DNA of 64,000 bases from an uncultured Alistipes sp. (lineage in GTDB: Bacteria; Bacteroidota; Bacteroidia; Bacteroidales; Rikenellaceae), in the NCBI GenBank assembly GCA_944322005.1, contig CALUNL010000004.1, forward strand, positions 201,850 to 265,849, given 5' to 3'. Positions 29,205 through 39,638 of the stretch are shown piece after piece. The position numbers and the translations under genes were made by a program. The notes beneath the pieces are model-generated. The model ran no database searches, was not told where the DNA came from, and saw only the letters and a program-made list of their open reading frames with translations. How positions within the stretch are numbered: the first letter of the stretch is position 1; the number at the start of each line of letters is the position of its first letter.

Positions 29205-31151
29205 CTATTGCAATTTGTCTTCGTCTATCTCCTCGCTCACCAGCCTCTTCACATGGTCGCAGTAGGCGTCGAGTGTCATCGAGCCCTGGTCGCCGGCTCC
29301 CTGCGCACGTACCGATACCGTACGCTCGGCCATCTCCTTCTCGCCGACGATGAGCAGGAACGGAATACGCTTGAGCTCGTTGTCGCGGATCTTGCGGCCG
29401 ATCTTCTCGTTGCGGTCGTCGATGCAGGCGCGGACATCGTGGCGGTTGAGATACTCCACAACCTCGCTGGCGTAGTCGTTGTACTTCTCCGAAATCGGCA
29501 GAACCACGGCCTGGTCAGGCGTAAGCCACAGAGGGAACTTGCCGGCCGTATGCTCGAGCAGGACAGCCACGAAACGCTCCATCGAGCCGAACGGCGCACG
29601 GTGAATCATTATCGGGCGGTGGAGCTTGTCGTCGGCACCCTTGTAGGTCAAATCGAAACGCTCCGGGAGGTTGTAGTCAACCTGTATCGTACCGAGCTGC
29701 CAGCTGCGGCCGAGGGCGTCCTTGACCATGAAGTCGAGTTTAGGGCCGTAGAATGCGGCCTCGCCATACTCCACGACGGTCTTCAGTCCCTTTGCCTTCG
29801 CCGCCTCAATGATGGCGTTCTCGGCCTTCTCCCAGTTCTCGTCCGAACCGATATACTTCGACTTGTCGTTAGGGTCGCGCAGCGAAATCTGTGCCGTATA
29901 CTTGTCGAACTTGAGCGTCTTGAATATGTAGAGCACGATGTCGATTACCTTCTCGAACTCATCGAGCAACTGGTCAGGACGCACGAACATGTGGGCGTCG
30001 TCCTGCGTGAAGCTGCGCACGCGCGTAAGTCCGTGAAGCTCGCCCGACTGCTCGTAGCGGTAAACCGTTCCGAACTCGGCCAGACGCACCGGAAGATCCT
30101 TGTACGAGTGCGGCTTGCTGCGGTATATCTCGCAGTGGTGCGGACAGTTCATCGGCTTGAGCAGGTACTCCTCGCCCTCTATCGGCGTATGTATTGGCTG
30201 GAACGAATCCTTGCCGTACTTGGCATAGTGGCCCGAAGTCACGTACAGCTCCTTGTTTCCGATATGCGGGGTTATGACCTGCTTGTAGCCGTAGTCCTTC
30301 TGTATCTTGCGCAGGAAGCGCTCCAGACGGTCGCGCAGCTCCGCGCCCTTCGGCAGCCACAACGGAAGGCCCTGGCCCACGCGCTGCGAGAAGGTGAAGA
30401 GCTCGAGCTCCTTGCCCAGCTTGCGGTGGTCGCGCTTCTTGGCCTCCTCCAGCATCACCAGATACTCGTCGAGCATCGACTTCTTCGGGAAGGAGATGCC
30501 GTAGATTCGCGTCAGCATCTTGTTGTGCTCGTCGCCGCGCCAGTAGGCACCGGCAACGGAGGTGAGCTTTATCGCCTTGATGAGTCCCGTATTCGGGATA
30601 TGCGGGCCGCGGCAAAGGTCGGTGAACGAGCCGTTGGTGTAGAACGAGATCGTTCCGTCCTCAAGGTCGCGGATGAGTTCGCACTTGTATTCGTCGCCCT
30701 TCTCGGTGAAGGTCTTCAGGGCATCGGCCTTCGACACCTCGCTGCGTACGAGCGGCTCCTTGTTGCGGGAGAGCTCGACCATCTTCGCCTCGATCTTCGG
30801 CAGGTCGGCCTCCTGAATCGGAGTCGGCGAGTCGACATCATAGTAGAATCCCTGCTCGATGGCCGGACCTATTCCGAACTTGATGCCCGGATAGAGGGAC
30901 TCCAGAGCCTCGGCCAAAAGGTGCGACGAGGTGTGCCAGAAGGCATGCTTGCCCTCGGCGTCGTCCCATTTGTAGAATTTTACGGAGGCATCCTCCTCAA
31001 TCGGACGCGACAGGTCGACCGTCACGCCGTTTACCGAAGCGGCCAGAGAGTCCGCAGCTAAACGAGGGCTGATACTCTCGGCTACCTGATAGGCAGTTGT
31101 TCCCGCGGCATATTCACGTACCGAACCGTCGGGAAACGTCACTTTAACCAT
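29205..31151 (-). CDS. thrS: Threonine-tRNA ligase
   Basis: TGS domain, [37 protein letters not shown] and [13 protein letters not shown]. Confidence 0.98.
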   Translation of the reverse strand: MVKVTFPDGSVREYAAGTTAYQVAESISPRLAADSLAASVNGVTVDLSRPIEEDASVKFYKWDDAEGKHAFWHTSSHLLAEALESLYPGIKFGIGPAIEQGFYYDVDSPTPIQEADLPKIEAKMVELSRNKEPLVRSEVSKADALKTFTEKGDEYKCELIRDLEDGTISFYTNGSFTDLCRGPHIPNTGLIKAIKLTSVAGAYWRGDEHNKMLTRIYGISFPKKSMLDEYLVMLEEAKKRDHRKLGKELELFTFSQRVGQGLPLWLPKGAELRDRLERFLRKIQKDYGYKQVITPHIGNKELYVTSGHYAKYGKDSFQPIHTPIEGEEYLLKPMNCPHHCEIYRSKPHSYKDLPVRLAEFGTVYRYEQSGELHGLTRVRSFTQDDAHMFVRPDQLLDEFEKVIDIVLYIFKTLKFDKYTAQISLRDPNDKSKYIGSDENWEKAENAIIEAAKAKGLKTVVEYGEAAFYGPKLDFMVKDALGRSWQLGTIQVDYNLPERFDLTYKGADDKLHRPIMIHRAPFGSMERFVAVLLEHTAGKFPLWLTPDQAVVLPISEKYNDYASEVVEYLNRHDVRACIDDRNEKIGRKIRDNELKRIPFLLIVGEKEMAERTVSVRAQGAGDQGSMTLDAYCDHVKRLVSEEIDEDKLQ

Positions 31152-31331
31152 AGTGTTTTTTAATTTTTAGTTGTTTTTTATGTTCCGCGCCTTCGAGGCT
31201 CCACAATAACGAGACGGATTACCTCCCAGTTGCGCTGTTTTCAAATTCATATCCAAATGCAGGAAGCCGTCGCCGGCTCGCCGCAATTTTCCGTCCATGG
31301 CGGAGGTCAGCGGCACCCTGCAAACCATGCC

Positions 31332-32426
31332 CTACTCCTGCGGCTCGGTATCCGGGAGGTCCTTCACGGATACGTCGCGGCCCTTGTCGCGCTCGAATCG
31401 TTCGAGCGGATTGCGGCTCCATTCGTCGTAAGCCTCACGGCGGCGCACGATGTCGATGGCGGCATATATGGCGTTGCGCATCGACTGCGGATCGGCCACG
31501 CCGCGTCCCGCGATGTCATACGCCACACCGTGGTCGGGCGAGGTGCGTACGCGGTCCAGTCCGGCCGTGAAGTTCACACCGTCGGGCGAAAGGGCCTTGA
31601 ACGGGGCCAGGCCCTGGTCATGGTACATGGCCAGCATGGCGTCGTACTTACCGTAACCACCTCCGGCGAAGAGTCCGTCGGCCGCCAGCGGACCGAATGC
31701 GAGCACGCCTCGTTCACAAGCCTCGACGACGGCCGGAGCTATGATGTCCCGCTCCTCCGTTCCGAGCAGTCCGCCGTCACCCGCATGCGGGTTGAGCGAC
31801 ATCACCGCTATGCGCGGCTCGACAACGCCGAAATCGCGCTTGAGCGTCCTCCGCAGCTCCTCGAGCGAAGCCACGATACCCTCCTTCGTAAGCGAGGAGG
31901 CAACCTTCTCGACCGGGATATGGATGGTCATGAGCGCCACCCTCATAACGTCGCTGCACATGATCATCATCGGATCTCCGCCGAGAACCGATGCGAAGTA
32001 CTCGGTATGGCCCGTAAACCCGAAACCAACCGACTTCATCGACTCCTTGCTTATCGGTGCCGTCACCACGGCATCTATCTCGCCGTCACGCAAATCCGAC
32101 GCCGCGCACTCAAGGGCATCGAGTGCCGCCCTGGCCGCCTCTTCGGATTCGCATCCGGGTTCCACACGTATATCCTTTTTGCCGCACTCGATAAGGTTGA
32201 CACGGCCGCGTCTGGCCTCACGGGCCGACTGGCACACATTGAACTGTATCGGTTCGAAATCCTCTATCCGTGCAGCGTAAAAATCAGCTATGCTGCGGGT
32301 GCCGTAGACCACCGGGACGAACATCTCGGGCATCGACGGGCCCGACAGAGCCTTGAGAATCACTTCCCACCCGATGCCGTTGGCATCTCCCTGCGTAATA
32401 CCTATTCTCAACCTGTTGTCAGACAT
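31332..32426 (-). CDS. pdxA: 4-hydroxythreonine-4-phosphate dehydrogenase
   Basis: GITQGDANGIG, VTAPISK, GHTEY, LNPHAGD, MYHDQGL and RTSPDHG. Confidence 0.93.
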   Translation of the reverse strand: MSDNRLRIGITQGDANGIGWEVILKALSGPSMPEMFVPVVYGTRSIADFYAARIEDFEPIQFNVCQSAREARRGRVNLIECGKKDIRVEPGCESEEAARAALDALECAASDLRDGEIDAVVTAPISKESMKSVGFGFTGHTEYFASVLGGDPMMIMCSDVMRVALMTIHIPVEKVASSLTKEGIVASLEELRRTLKRDFGVVEPRIAVMSLNPHAGDGGLLGTEERDIIAPAVVEACERGVLAFGPLAADGLFAGGGYGKYDAMLAMYHDQGLAPFKALSPDGVNFTAGLDRVRTSPDHGVAYDIAGRGVADPQSMRNAIYAAIDIVRRREAYDEWSRNPLERFERDKGRDVSVKDLPDTEPQE

Positions 32427-32551
32427 ATATGCATTATTTCAACCTACAAATATATGCATCTTTGCCGATAATATACAATTATTTCGGATTTTTTTATCCC
32501 GCCACGGAGGCGGCGTAAGGCACGCGGCGCGACGCCCCGGAAGCACAAACG

Positions 32552-32587
32552 AAACGGCGTCGGCGAATGCATGATTCGCCGACGCCG
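32552..32587 (-). terminator. Terminator after the aldo/keto reductase
   Basis: CGGCGTCGGCGAAT-gcatg-ATTCGCCGACGCCG, 14-bp stem. Confidence 0.7.
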
Positions 32588-32609
32588 CAAAGCCCCCGAT
32601 TCGGCCACG

Positions 32610-33728
32610 TCAATGTTCGAACGTCTCCGCGACCTTTTTCAGATACTCCACTATCGGGAGGTGCTGCGGGCACGACCTTTCGCACTTGCGGCAGGCTATG
32701 CAGTCCGAAGCCTTGCCATGCGTGAGCGCATAGTTGTCGTAGTATGTCTGCTGCACCGAGAATCCCTGGTTCACGGACTGCTTGTCGGCATTGTATATGG
32801 CGAAGTACTCCGGTATGGCTATGTGCTGCGGGCATCCGTCCGTACAGTAGCGGCAGGCTGTGCACGGTATGGCTATCGAGCGGTTGATAATCTCCACGGC
32901 CTGCGAAACGGCAGCGAGTTCGCGCTCCGAAAGCGGCTTGAAGTCGTTCATGAACGAGGTGTTGTCCTCCAGCTGCTCAAGCGACGACATGCCGCTCAAC
33001 ACCATCATGACCCCGTCAAGACCGGCGGCATAGCGTATGGCCCACGATGCCGGCGAAGCGTCGGGATCGATGCTGCGGAAGAGCCGCTCCACCTCCTCCG
33101 GAACACGGGCGAGCGATCCGCCCTTGACCGGCTCCATGACAATCACGGGCTTGCCGTGGCGGCGTGCCGTCTCATAGCACAGCCGCGACTGTATGCTCTC
33201 GTTGTCCCAGTCCAGATAGTTGATCTGCAGTTGCACGAACTCCGCCTCCGGATGCTCCGTAAGTATCCTGTCCAGCAGTTCCGCCTTGTCGTGGAACGAG
33301 AATCCGACATGGCGTATGCGGCCCTCGGCCTTCTTGCGCTGCACGAAGTCGAAACTTCCCAGACGGCACGCCGTCTCGTAGCTGGCACCCGTAAGGTTGT
33401 GCAGCAGGTAGTAGTCGAAATAGTCTACCCCGCACTTTTCAAGCTGCTCGTCGAATATGCGCTCCTGATCCCCTTCCTTTTTCAGGAAGACAATCGGCAG
33501 TTTCGACGTGAGCGTGAACGTGTCGCGGCCGTGACGTTTCACCAGAGCCTCACGCGCCACACACTCGCTCTTGAAGTCGTGGTACATGTATGCCGTGTCG
33601 AAATATGTGAATCCGCGCTCGATGAAGGTATCCACCATACGCTCCACCTGTACCACATCCACCGACGATGGGACGTTCTCGTCGAGCAGCGGCATGCGCA
33701 TAAGTCCGAATCCCAGTCTTTTTGTCAT
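32610..33728 (-). CDS. Aldo/keto reductase with C-terminal 4Fe-4S domain
   Basis: LGFGLMRMP, YFDTAY, DYYLLH, GFSFHD, MEPVKGG; CTACRYC..CP and CIACRKCERSCP. Confidence 0.92.
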   Translation of the reverse strand: MTKRLGFGLMRMPLLDENVPSSVDVVQVERMVDTFIERGFTYFDTAYMYHDFKSECVAREALVKRHGRDTFTLTSKLPIVFLKKEGDQERIFDEQLEKCGVDYFDYYLLHNLTGASYETACRLGSFDFVQRKKAEGRIRHVGFSFHDKAELLDRILTEHPEAEFVQLQINYLDWDNESIQSRLCYETARRHGKPVIVMEPVKGGSLARVPEEVERLFRSIDPDASPASWAIRYAAGLDGVMMVLSGMSSLEQLEDNTSFMNDFKPLSERELAAVSQAVEIINRSIAIPCTACRYCTDGCPQHIAIPEYFAIYNADKQSVNQGFSVQQTYYDNYALTHGKASDCIACRKCERSCPQHLPIVEYLKKVAETFEH

Positions 33729-33809
33729 ATCCGAAAATGTTTGTCGATTTCACCTCAACGGCCTGCGCACGGGTAGGCACATGCAATCCCGCGCGGCATC
33801 CGGCCCAGC

Positions 33810-34256
33810 CTATTTGCCGAGACCGGCAAGGAACTCCTCAATGGAGGCAAGGCACTCCTGCGGGGTCTCCAGCCCGAAGCACCGCTTTTCAAGCGGGCAC
33901 CAGTCCGTACCGCTGCGGTTGATTACGTGAGGTACGCACTCCGTACACTCGGCATCGACGCCGCAGCTCTTCAACAGCGACATTGCCGGTTCACTCGCCA
34001 CATCGGCATGCAGACCCGATATGCCGCCGAGAATCATCAGCGACGCCGCAGCCTTGCCCACCACCTTGTCTGCGACGAATGCACCGCGCAGGAACTCCGG
34101 CTCCTCCTTCAGAAGCCGGTAAAGGTCTTTCACACCGCGTTCGCGGAACGTCCGCATGCGGCCGTCCTTGCATATGACGCACGAACACCTCTCGGCATGC
34201 AGCAGCACTATCGCCTCACGCCGCTCCCTGTCATCCGGAAAATGTCTCTCCTCCAT
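33810..34256 (-). CDS. DUF1893 family protein
   Basis: RGVKDL, VADKVVGKAAA and INRSGTDWCPLE; start moved to 34256 because TATATTTG (34289-34296) abuts the upstream ATG. Confidence 0.78.
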   Translation of the reverse strand: MEERHFPDDRERREAIVLLHAERCSCVICKDGRMRTFRERGVKDLYRLLKEEPEFLRGAFVADKVVGKAAASLMILGGISGLHADVASEPAMSLLKSCGVDAECTECVPHVINRSGTDWCPLEKRCFGLETPQECLASIEEFLAGLGK

Positions 34257-34353
34257 ACTCTTCAGCCAATCAGTTTGCCTGTTCATGCAAATATACTCTT
34301 TTTCGCATATCCCGCAAGGGACGCATGCCGGAAAAAAGCATCCGGCAGATACG

Positions 34354-34377
34354 AAAAGGGGAGGTTTACGCCTCCCC
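34354..34377 (-). terminator. Terminator after rubredoxin
   Basis: GGGGAGG/CCTCCCC stem followed by T4 on minus. Confidence 0.6.
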
Positions 34378-34386
34378 TCTCACTTT

Positions 34387-34548
34387 TCAGTCGATCTGTT
34401 CGAAAGACTCCTTGCCTACTCCGCAGACCGGGCATACCCAGTCTTCCGGTATATCCTCGAACGGAGTTCCGGGAGCTATGCCGCCCTCCGGGTCGCCCAC
34501 CTCCGGGTCATAGACCCACTCGCAGACGGTGCAAACATACTTTTTCAT
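34387..34548 (-). CDS. Rubredoxin
   Basis: [15 protein letters not shown]...WVCPVCGV, two CxxC motifs, 53 aa. Confidence 0.95.
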   Translation of the reverse strand: MKKYVCTVCEWVYDPEVGDPEGGIAPGTPFEDIPEDWVCPVCGVGKESFEQID

Positions 34549-34666
34549 ATTTTTCAAATTTCTTTTGTTAATGGCGGGGCCGCTCGGGCGGCTCTCCGAC
34601 GTTTCAAATATATGACATTTAGTCCGTGCAAACAAATATCGGACCGCAAAAAACTCAACTTGCGAC

Positions 34667-34700
34667 AAAAAGAACGGGAGAGAAGCGGACCTCTCTCCCG
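34667..34700 (-). terminator. Terminator after efp
   Basis: CGGGAGAGA/TCTCTCCCG stem with a T-rich tail on minus. Confidence 0.65.
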
Positions 34701-34723
34701 TATCCCTTGCGAGCGGGACGGCA

Positions 34724-35296
34724 CTACTTGATGCGCTCGTAGTACTCGCGGGTGCGGGTGTCGACGCGGATCTTGTCGCCCGTGTTGATGAAGAGCGGCA
34801 CCTTGATGGTTGCTCCCGTATTCACCGTTGCCGGCTTGAGCGAGTTGGTCGATGCTGTATCGCCCTTGATGCCCGGCTCGGTATAGGTCACCTCCATGTC
34901 TACGATCGGAGGGAGTTCGGCCGACAGAACGGCGTCGTTGTCGGTACGGTACATCACCTCAACGATCTGGCCGTCGGCCATCAGGTCGTAGTTCTCTATG
35001 AGGTTCTTGTCGATGGTAATCTCCTCGAAGGTCTCGCAGTGCATGAAGTGTGCGCCCAGATCGTCCTCATAGGTGAACTGGTACGGGCGGCGCTCAACGC
35101 GCACCTGCTCGATTTTCTGCGTCACGGACGAGAAAGTGTTCTCTATCACGCGGCCGTTTTCGAGATTCTTGAGCTTGGAACGGACGAATGCTGGTCCCTT
35201 TCCCGGTTTGCAGTGCTGGAAATCTACCACAAGATAGGTCTTGCGGTCCATCTCTATGCACATGCCGATTTTGATGTCTGCTGCGTTAATTGTCAT
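34724..35296 (-). CDS. efp: Elongation factor P
   Basis: [21 protein letters not shown] and [16 protein letters not shown]. Confidence 0.97.
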   Translation of the reverse strand: MTINAADIKIGMCIEMDRKTYLVVDFQHCKPGKGPAFVRSKLKNLENGRVIENTFSSVTQKIEQVRVERRPYQFTYEDDLGAHFMHCETFEEITIDKNLIENYDLMADGQIVEVMYRTDNDAVLSAELPPIVDMEVTYTEPGIKGDTASTNSLKPATVNTGATIKVPLFINTGDKIRVDTRTREYYERIK

Positions 35297-35453
35297 AATA
35301 TGAATGCTTTTATGTAGTTCCGATATTTTTCCGCCTGCAAAAATATAAAAAAAGCGTTGAATTTCCGCGCCTTAATAAAAAAAACCGCCCGGCGCGACAC
35401 ATTTCGCACCGGACGCATATCCGTTGAAAGTCCTGTGGATGTCGGAACGGGGA

Positions 35454-37952
35454 CTACATGCCGCCCATACCGCCGCCGACACCTGCCCCGCCGGAACCGC
35501 CCTTGCCGACGCTCTCCGACATGTCGTTCGTATTACGGTTCACTCTCTTGACCATGACGCCGCTGCCGCCGAAACGCCACGTAACGGAGAACCGTATGGA
35601 GCGCGACAGCCACATCGATTTCTGACAGAGCGATGTCGTGGCATTGGAGTGCTCCACCGATATGGAGGAGTACTTCTCGTGCGGGTTGTTCACCATCAGG
35701 TTGAGTTCGAGCTTGTCCTTCAGAAGTTTCTGGCTCAGCGACGCACCCGTCATCAGCACCAGCGAGGCATTCTCCACCATCTGGTTTGGTTCCATCTTGA
35801 GGAGATACTCCGACAGCGTCAGGCGCGAGCCCTTCCAAAGGCCTATCGAAAGGTTGAGCGACTGCGTGAACGACCAGCCGTCATTGCGCATCGCCAGGCT
35901 CGGCAGGCGGTAGTCGCTCCATCCGCCGCTGAAGCTGAACGACATGTTGAAGCGCGTGGCAGGACGGTACGAGACACTTACGTCGCCCATGTAGGAGCGC
36001 ATGCGGCCGCCGTTGGAATATGTCTTGTTGAAATAGCCCTCGTCGTCGATGAAGATTTTGTTTACAATCAGGTTGTTCGAGAGCATGGTCCGTGCCCCGG
36101 CAATGAATGTCACCTTGTTGTCGGTGTAGGAATATTTGAGCTGCAGCGAGTGCGACACTCCCGTGCGCAGGTTCGGGTTACCGTAATCCCGGCTCATGGT
36201 GCCCTCCTCGACGAACGGCGACATGGAGTATATGCTCGGCCGCGAAAGGCGTTCCGAATAGGAGAACGACAGCGAGTGAGCGGCCGACGGCATGTATGTC
36301 AGCGAGACGTACGGCACGGCATTGACCAGCGCATTGTCGTATACCTGCGACTCGCCGGTCGGCGCGGCGGTGCCGCTCTCGAAGTTGTTGAGCCTGTACC
36401 ATGCGCTCTCCAGGCGCGCACCGGCGCGGCCCGAGAACTTCTCCGTAGTGTAGGAGTAGCCGGCATAGGCGGCCAGGATGTGTTTCGAGAGGCGTGCCAG
36501 TCCGAATGTCTCGGAGGTCGGGACGTCGGCAGCATCGGCATATGTCGATGTAGAACGCTCGCGCGTGAACTCATAGGAGTACTTCATGCCGGCCTCGACG
36601 GCATGGTGCGAGGTTATCCTGTTGCTGTAGTCGAGCTGGAACTCGTTGGCCACGTCTCGCTGGCGGGAGTTGTTGTAGATGGAGTACATCTGCAACGGGT
36701 CCGGGACCGCCCCTGCCGCAACGGGTTGCACGTAGCTCAGGCTCCTGTCGTACGACGGCGGGAAGATAGTTGTCACGTTAGATACGGCGAGCGTATGGTC
36801 GTCGCGGCCGAACGAGCGCTGGTATCCGAGCGTGATGTCGACTCCGGACCATGAGAATCCGTAGTTGTTCCACCCCTCGTTCGTGTAGAGCAGGTTGTCA
36901 TCCGGTCCGAAATAGCTCTCCTTGGAGCCGTACGGCAGTCGCGACTTGCCGCCCCATGCGCTTATTTCGGCCGTCAGCAGGTTCAGCGAGTCAATCTGGA
37001 AGCTGGCGTTGACATTTCCGTAGAGATTCCTCATGTCGAACTTGCGGCGGCCCGACATCGTCATATGGTCATAGCCGGCACCCTCCACGAGGTTGTTGAT
37101 GGTACCGTCCTCTCCGCCGTAGAACGAGTCGCCGGCCCACGACTGCGAATAGTAGAATGCCGACGTGAGGGCGAAGCGGCCGCGCTGGAGCGAGAAGTTG
37201 ACCGACTCGTTCGTGCCCCACGTATTGTCGAAGTAGTTCCTGAACCCGGCCGAGACGCTGCCGTTGTAGCCGTCGAGCGACGAGCGGTCGGTGATGATGT
37301 TCAGCACGCCGCCGACGCCCTCGGCCGAATACTTCATCGAAGGGTTGGTGATGACCTCTATGCGCTTTATCGACGATGCAGGCATGCTCTTGATGACCTC
37401 ATCGAAGTTGCGCGACATGGAACCCGACTTGCGGCCGTTGACCAGCACCACATAGTCGCTCTGGCCGTTGAGCTTCACCTTGCCCTCGGAATCGATGGAG
37501 AGCTGCGGCACCTTGCGGATTATATCCTCGAACGTACTCGAGCCCGCCTCGGGGTCGTCCTCGACCGAATATGTCAGTTTCTCCGCGTCGCTCGTCACAA
37601 TCGGCTTCTGGACCGTCAGCACGACTGCGTCAACATCGACACCCTCGCTCAGGAATATGTCGCCGAGGTCGACCGTACCGCCGCCGAGCGACACCTCCTT
37701 CACAACCGGCGAATAGCCGACGGACGATACCTCGATCTTGCATTTGCCGTCACCCTTGACGGCCAGTTCGAAGAATCCGGCCGATGTCGACGACGTTGCC
37801 GCCAGCACCAGCGAATCACGCACGGCCGCAACCGTGGCGTAACCTATGGCGGTACTCTTGTCGGCCACCTTTACATTTCCCTTGAATACGGTCTGCGCCG
37901 ACGCCGCAAAGACAAGCAGCGAAGCAATGGCGGAAAGCAGCAGTCTCCTCAT
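35454..37952 (-). CDS. TonB-dependent-receptor-like outer-membrane beta-barrel protein
   Basis: Signal peptide, carboxypeptidase-regulatory-like N-domain, plug motifs (IKRIEVITNPS..GVGGVLNII), GNPNL, final strand RFSVTWRFG and Gly-rich tail. Confidence 0.85.
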   Translation of the reverse strand: MRRLLLSAIASLLVFAASAQTVFKGNVKVADKSTAIGYATVAAVRDSLVLAATSSTSAGFFELAVKGDGKCKIEVSSVGYSPVVKEVSLGGGTVDLGDIFLSEGVDVDAVVLTVQKPIVTSDAEKLTYSVEDDPEAGSSTFEDIIRKVPQLSIDSEGKVKLNGQSDYVVLVNGRKSGSMSRNFDEVIKSMPASSIKRIEVITNPSMKYSAEGVGGVLNIITDRSSLDGYNGSVSAGFRNYFDNTWGTNESVNFSLQRGRFALTSAFYYSQSWAGDSFYGGEDGTINNLVEGAGYDHMTMSGRRKFDMRNLYGNVNASFQIDSLNLLTAEISAWGGKSRLPYGSKESYFGPDDNLLYTNEGWNNYGFSWSGVDITLGYQRSFGRDDHTLAVSNVTTIFPPSYDRSLSYVQPVAAGAVPDPLQMYSIYNNSRQRDVANEFQLDYSNRITSHHAVEAGMKYSYEFTRERSTSTYADAADVPTSETFGLARLSKHILAAYAGYSYTTEKFSGRAGARLESAWYRLNNFESGTAAPTGESQVYDNALVNAVPYVSLTYMPSAAHSLSFSYSERLSRPSIYSMSPFVEEGTMSRDYGNPNLRTGVSHSLQLKYSYTDNKVTFIAGARTMLSNNLIVNKIFIDDEGYFNKTYSNGGRMRSYMGDVSVSYRPATRFNMSFSFSGGWSDYRLPSLAMRNDGWSFTQSLNLSIGLWKGSRLTLSEYLLKMEPNQMVENASLVLMTGASLSQKLLKDKLELNLMVNNPHEKYSSISVEHSNATTSLCQKSMWLSRSIRFSVTWRFGGSGVMVKRVNRNTNDMSESVGKGGSGGAGVGGGMGGM

Positions 37953-38313
37953 TTTGCAAGTACAATTTTACGCAAAGTAATCTCTTTTTTTCTTACGATG
38001 CAAGAGCGCGGCACCGAATTACCCCCCCCCGACACAATCGCCTGCATACCAACCATTTGCACTGCAAAAAAATTTTTACGCCGCAAATATCTGCGTTGCC
38101 TGCATCGGGCGTCGCGGGACTTTTCAGGCCCGTCCCCAGCATCTTCACCGCAAATATATGGCAATATTTTATATTATGCAATACATAATACTACATTTTT
38201 ACATAGAATTATTTGTCACAAAATTTCATTGCGCTGAAAATCCGTGCCATACGAAACCGTATTTTTGTGCGTAAGATTGTGCCGGAGCGGACTTCAAATC
38301 GAGGCTGGGAGAG

Positions 38314-38865
38314 TCACTTGCCCCACTCGAAATGCGGCACATCGAGTCCGAGCAGTGCGGCGGTGCGTTCGGTAACGCTGCGGCACAGGCTCTCGATATC
38401 GCCCGGGCGCGAATAGAATGAAGGGGAAGCGGGGAGAATCACCGCACCGGCTTCGGTGAGTGCGGTCATGTTGCGCAGGTGAATGAGCGAGAGCGGAGTT
38501 TCGCGCACCACGAGGACGAGGCGGCGGCGCTCCTTGAGCATGACGTCGGCGGCGCGCTCTATGAGCGTCTGCGAAATGCCTGATGCAATCCGGCCGACGG
38601 TTCCGACCGACGAGGGCACGACGGCCATGGCATCCCACCCCGCCGAACCGCTTGCCGGGGAGGCGAAGAGGTTGCCGTTGTCGTAGACCGTAATTTTGGC
38701 CGATTCGGGCATCTGCTCGCCCTCGAACTCCGCCACCTCACGGGCATGGGTGCTGTATATTAGCGCAATGCGCTCCACCTCCGCGCTCTCCGCGAGCAGC
38801 GACAGCAACTGCCGGGCATATATGGCCCCGCTGGCGGCCGTAACGGCCACGATTACACTCTTCAT
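38314..38865 (-). CDS. ubiX: Flavin prenyltransferase
   Basis: VTAASGAIY, ASGS, RAADVMLKERR.LVLV.RETP and PASPSFY. Confidence 0.92.
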   Translation of the reverse strand: MKSVIVAVTAASGAIYARQLLSLLAESAEVERIALIYSTHAREVAEFEGEQMPESAKITVYDNGNLFASPASGSAGWDAMAVVPSSVGTVGRIASGISQTLIERAADVMLKERRRLVLVVRETPLSLIHLRNMTALTEAGAVILPASPSFYSRPGDIESLCRSVTERTAALLGLDVPHFEWGK

Positions 38866-38869
38866 GGCT

Positions 38870-39478
38870 CTACAACTCTATTATCTTGCACTTGAGTCCC
38901 ATCTCGCGTATGCGCTCAAGCGTGCGCGGAAGGGCATAGCTCATGTTCTTGAACGACTTCTCGCTGTCGTGGAACACCACGATGGAGCCCGGGGCGAGAT
39001 AGTCCACCACGTTGCGCAGGCACCTCTCCTGCGAGAGCGAACGGTTGTAGTCGCGGGAGACGATGTCCCACATAACTATCTTGTAGCGCTTCCCGACAGC
39101 CCTCATCTGCGACGGCGTCACACGCGCATAAGGCGGGCGGAAGAGCTCCGTATGGATTATGTCCCCGGCAAAGTCCACATCCTCGAGATAGCGTTCCAGA
39201 GGCATGCCCCACCCCTTCTGGTGCGAATAAGTATGGTTTCCGACCTTGTGGCCGGCATCGAGTATCTTGCGGTAGAGGTCGGGATAGAGCTCCACGTTCT
39301 TGCCCAGCACGAAGAAGGTCGCCTTGGCGTCGTACTTCTCGAGCGTGGCAAGAATCCACTCCGTCACACCGGGCGTCGGCCCGTCGTCGAACGTGAGGAA
39401 GACTCCGTTGTCGTCATGTATCTCCCAGATAAGCTCCGGCATAAGCCGGCGTATGAATTTCGGCGGTTTGATTCTCAT
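38870..39478 (-). CDS. Polysaccharide deacetylase (CE4/NodB)
   Basis: LTFDDGP, GNHTYSH, FRPPY, MWDIVSRD and IVVFHDS. Confidence 0.92.
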   Translation of the reverse strand: MRIKPPKFIRRLMPELIWEIHDDNGVFLTFDDGPTPGVTEWILATLEKYDAKATFFVLGKNVELYPDLYRKILDAGHKVGNHTYSHQKGWGMPLERYLEDVDFAGDIIHTELFRPPYARVTPSQMRAVGKRYKIVMWDIVSRDYNRSLSQERCLRNVVDYLAPGSIVVFHDSEKSFKNMSYALPRTLERIREMGLKCKIIEL

Positions 39479-39559
39479 CCTATCGCGGTTTCGTTGCGGC
39501 ACGCCACTTGCATCTTCCGTCGTCGGGCAGCTCCCGCCGGGGTGCACGCAAATTCAAGG

Positions 39560-39606
39560 CAAAAGTATATATTTTTTGACAATTTTATAAATTATGCCTA
39601 CTTTTG
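39560..39606. promoter_or_regulatory. Divergent promoters, both TACTTTTG
   Basis: CAAAAGTA at 39560-39567 (minus) and TACTTTTG at 39599-39606 (plus). Confidence 0.6.
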
Positions 39607-39638
39607 TAGGAACGGTCACATCAAACCGATATACAATC

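Noticed and set aside
31152-31331. tRNA-mimic or T-box leader upstream of thrS
   Set aside because: No T-box consensus; only weak 3-4 bp stems and no convincing anticodon-arm mimic
34724-35296. HCKPGKG variant in EF-P
   Set aside because: The functional PGKG loop is intact; a single conservative-position change
37953-38300. Riboswitch or invertible promoter upstream of the TonB-like receptor
   Set aside because: No cobalamin or TPP core motifs, no long flanking inverted repeats and no recombinase nearby
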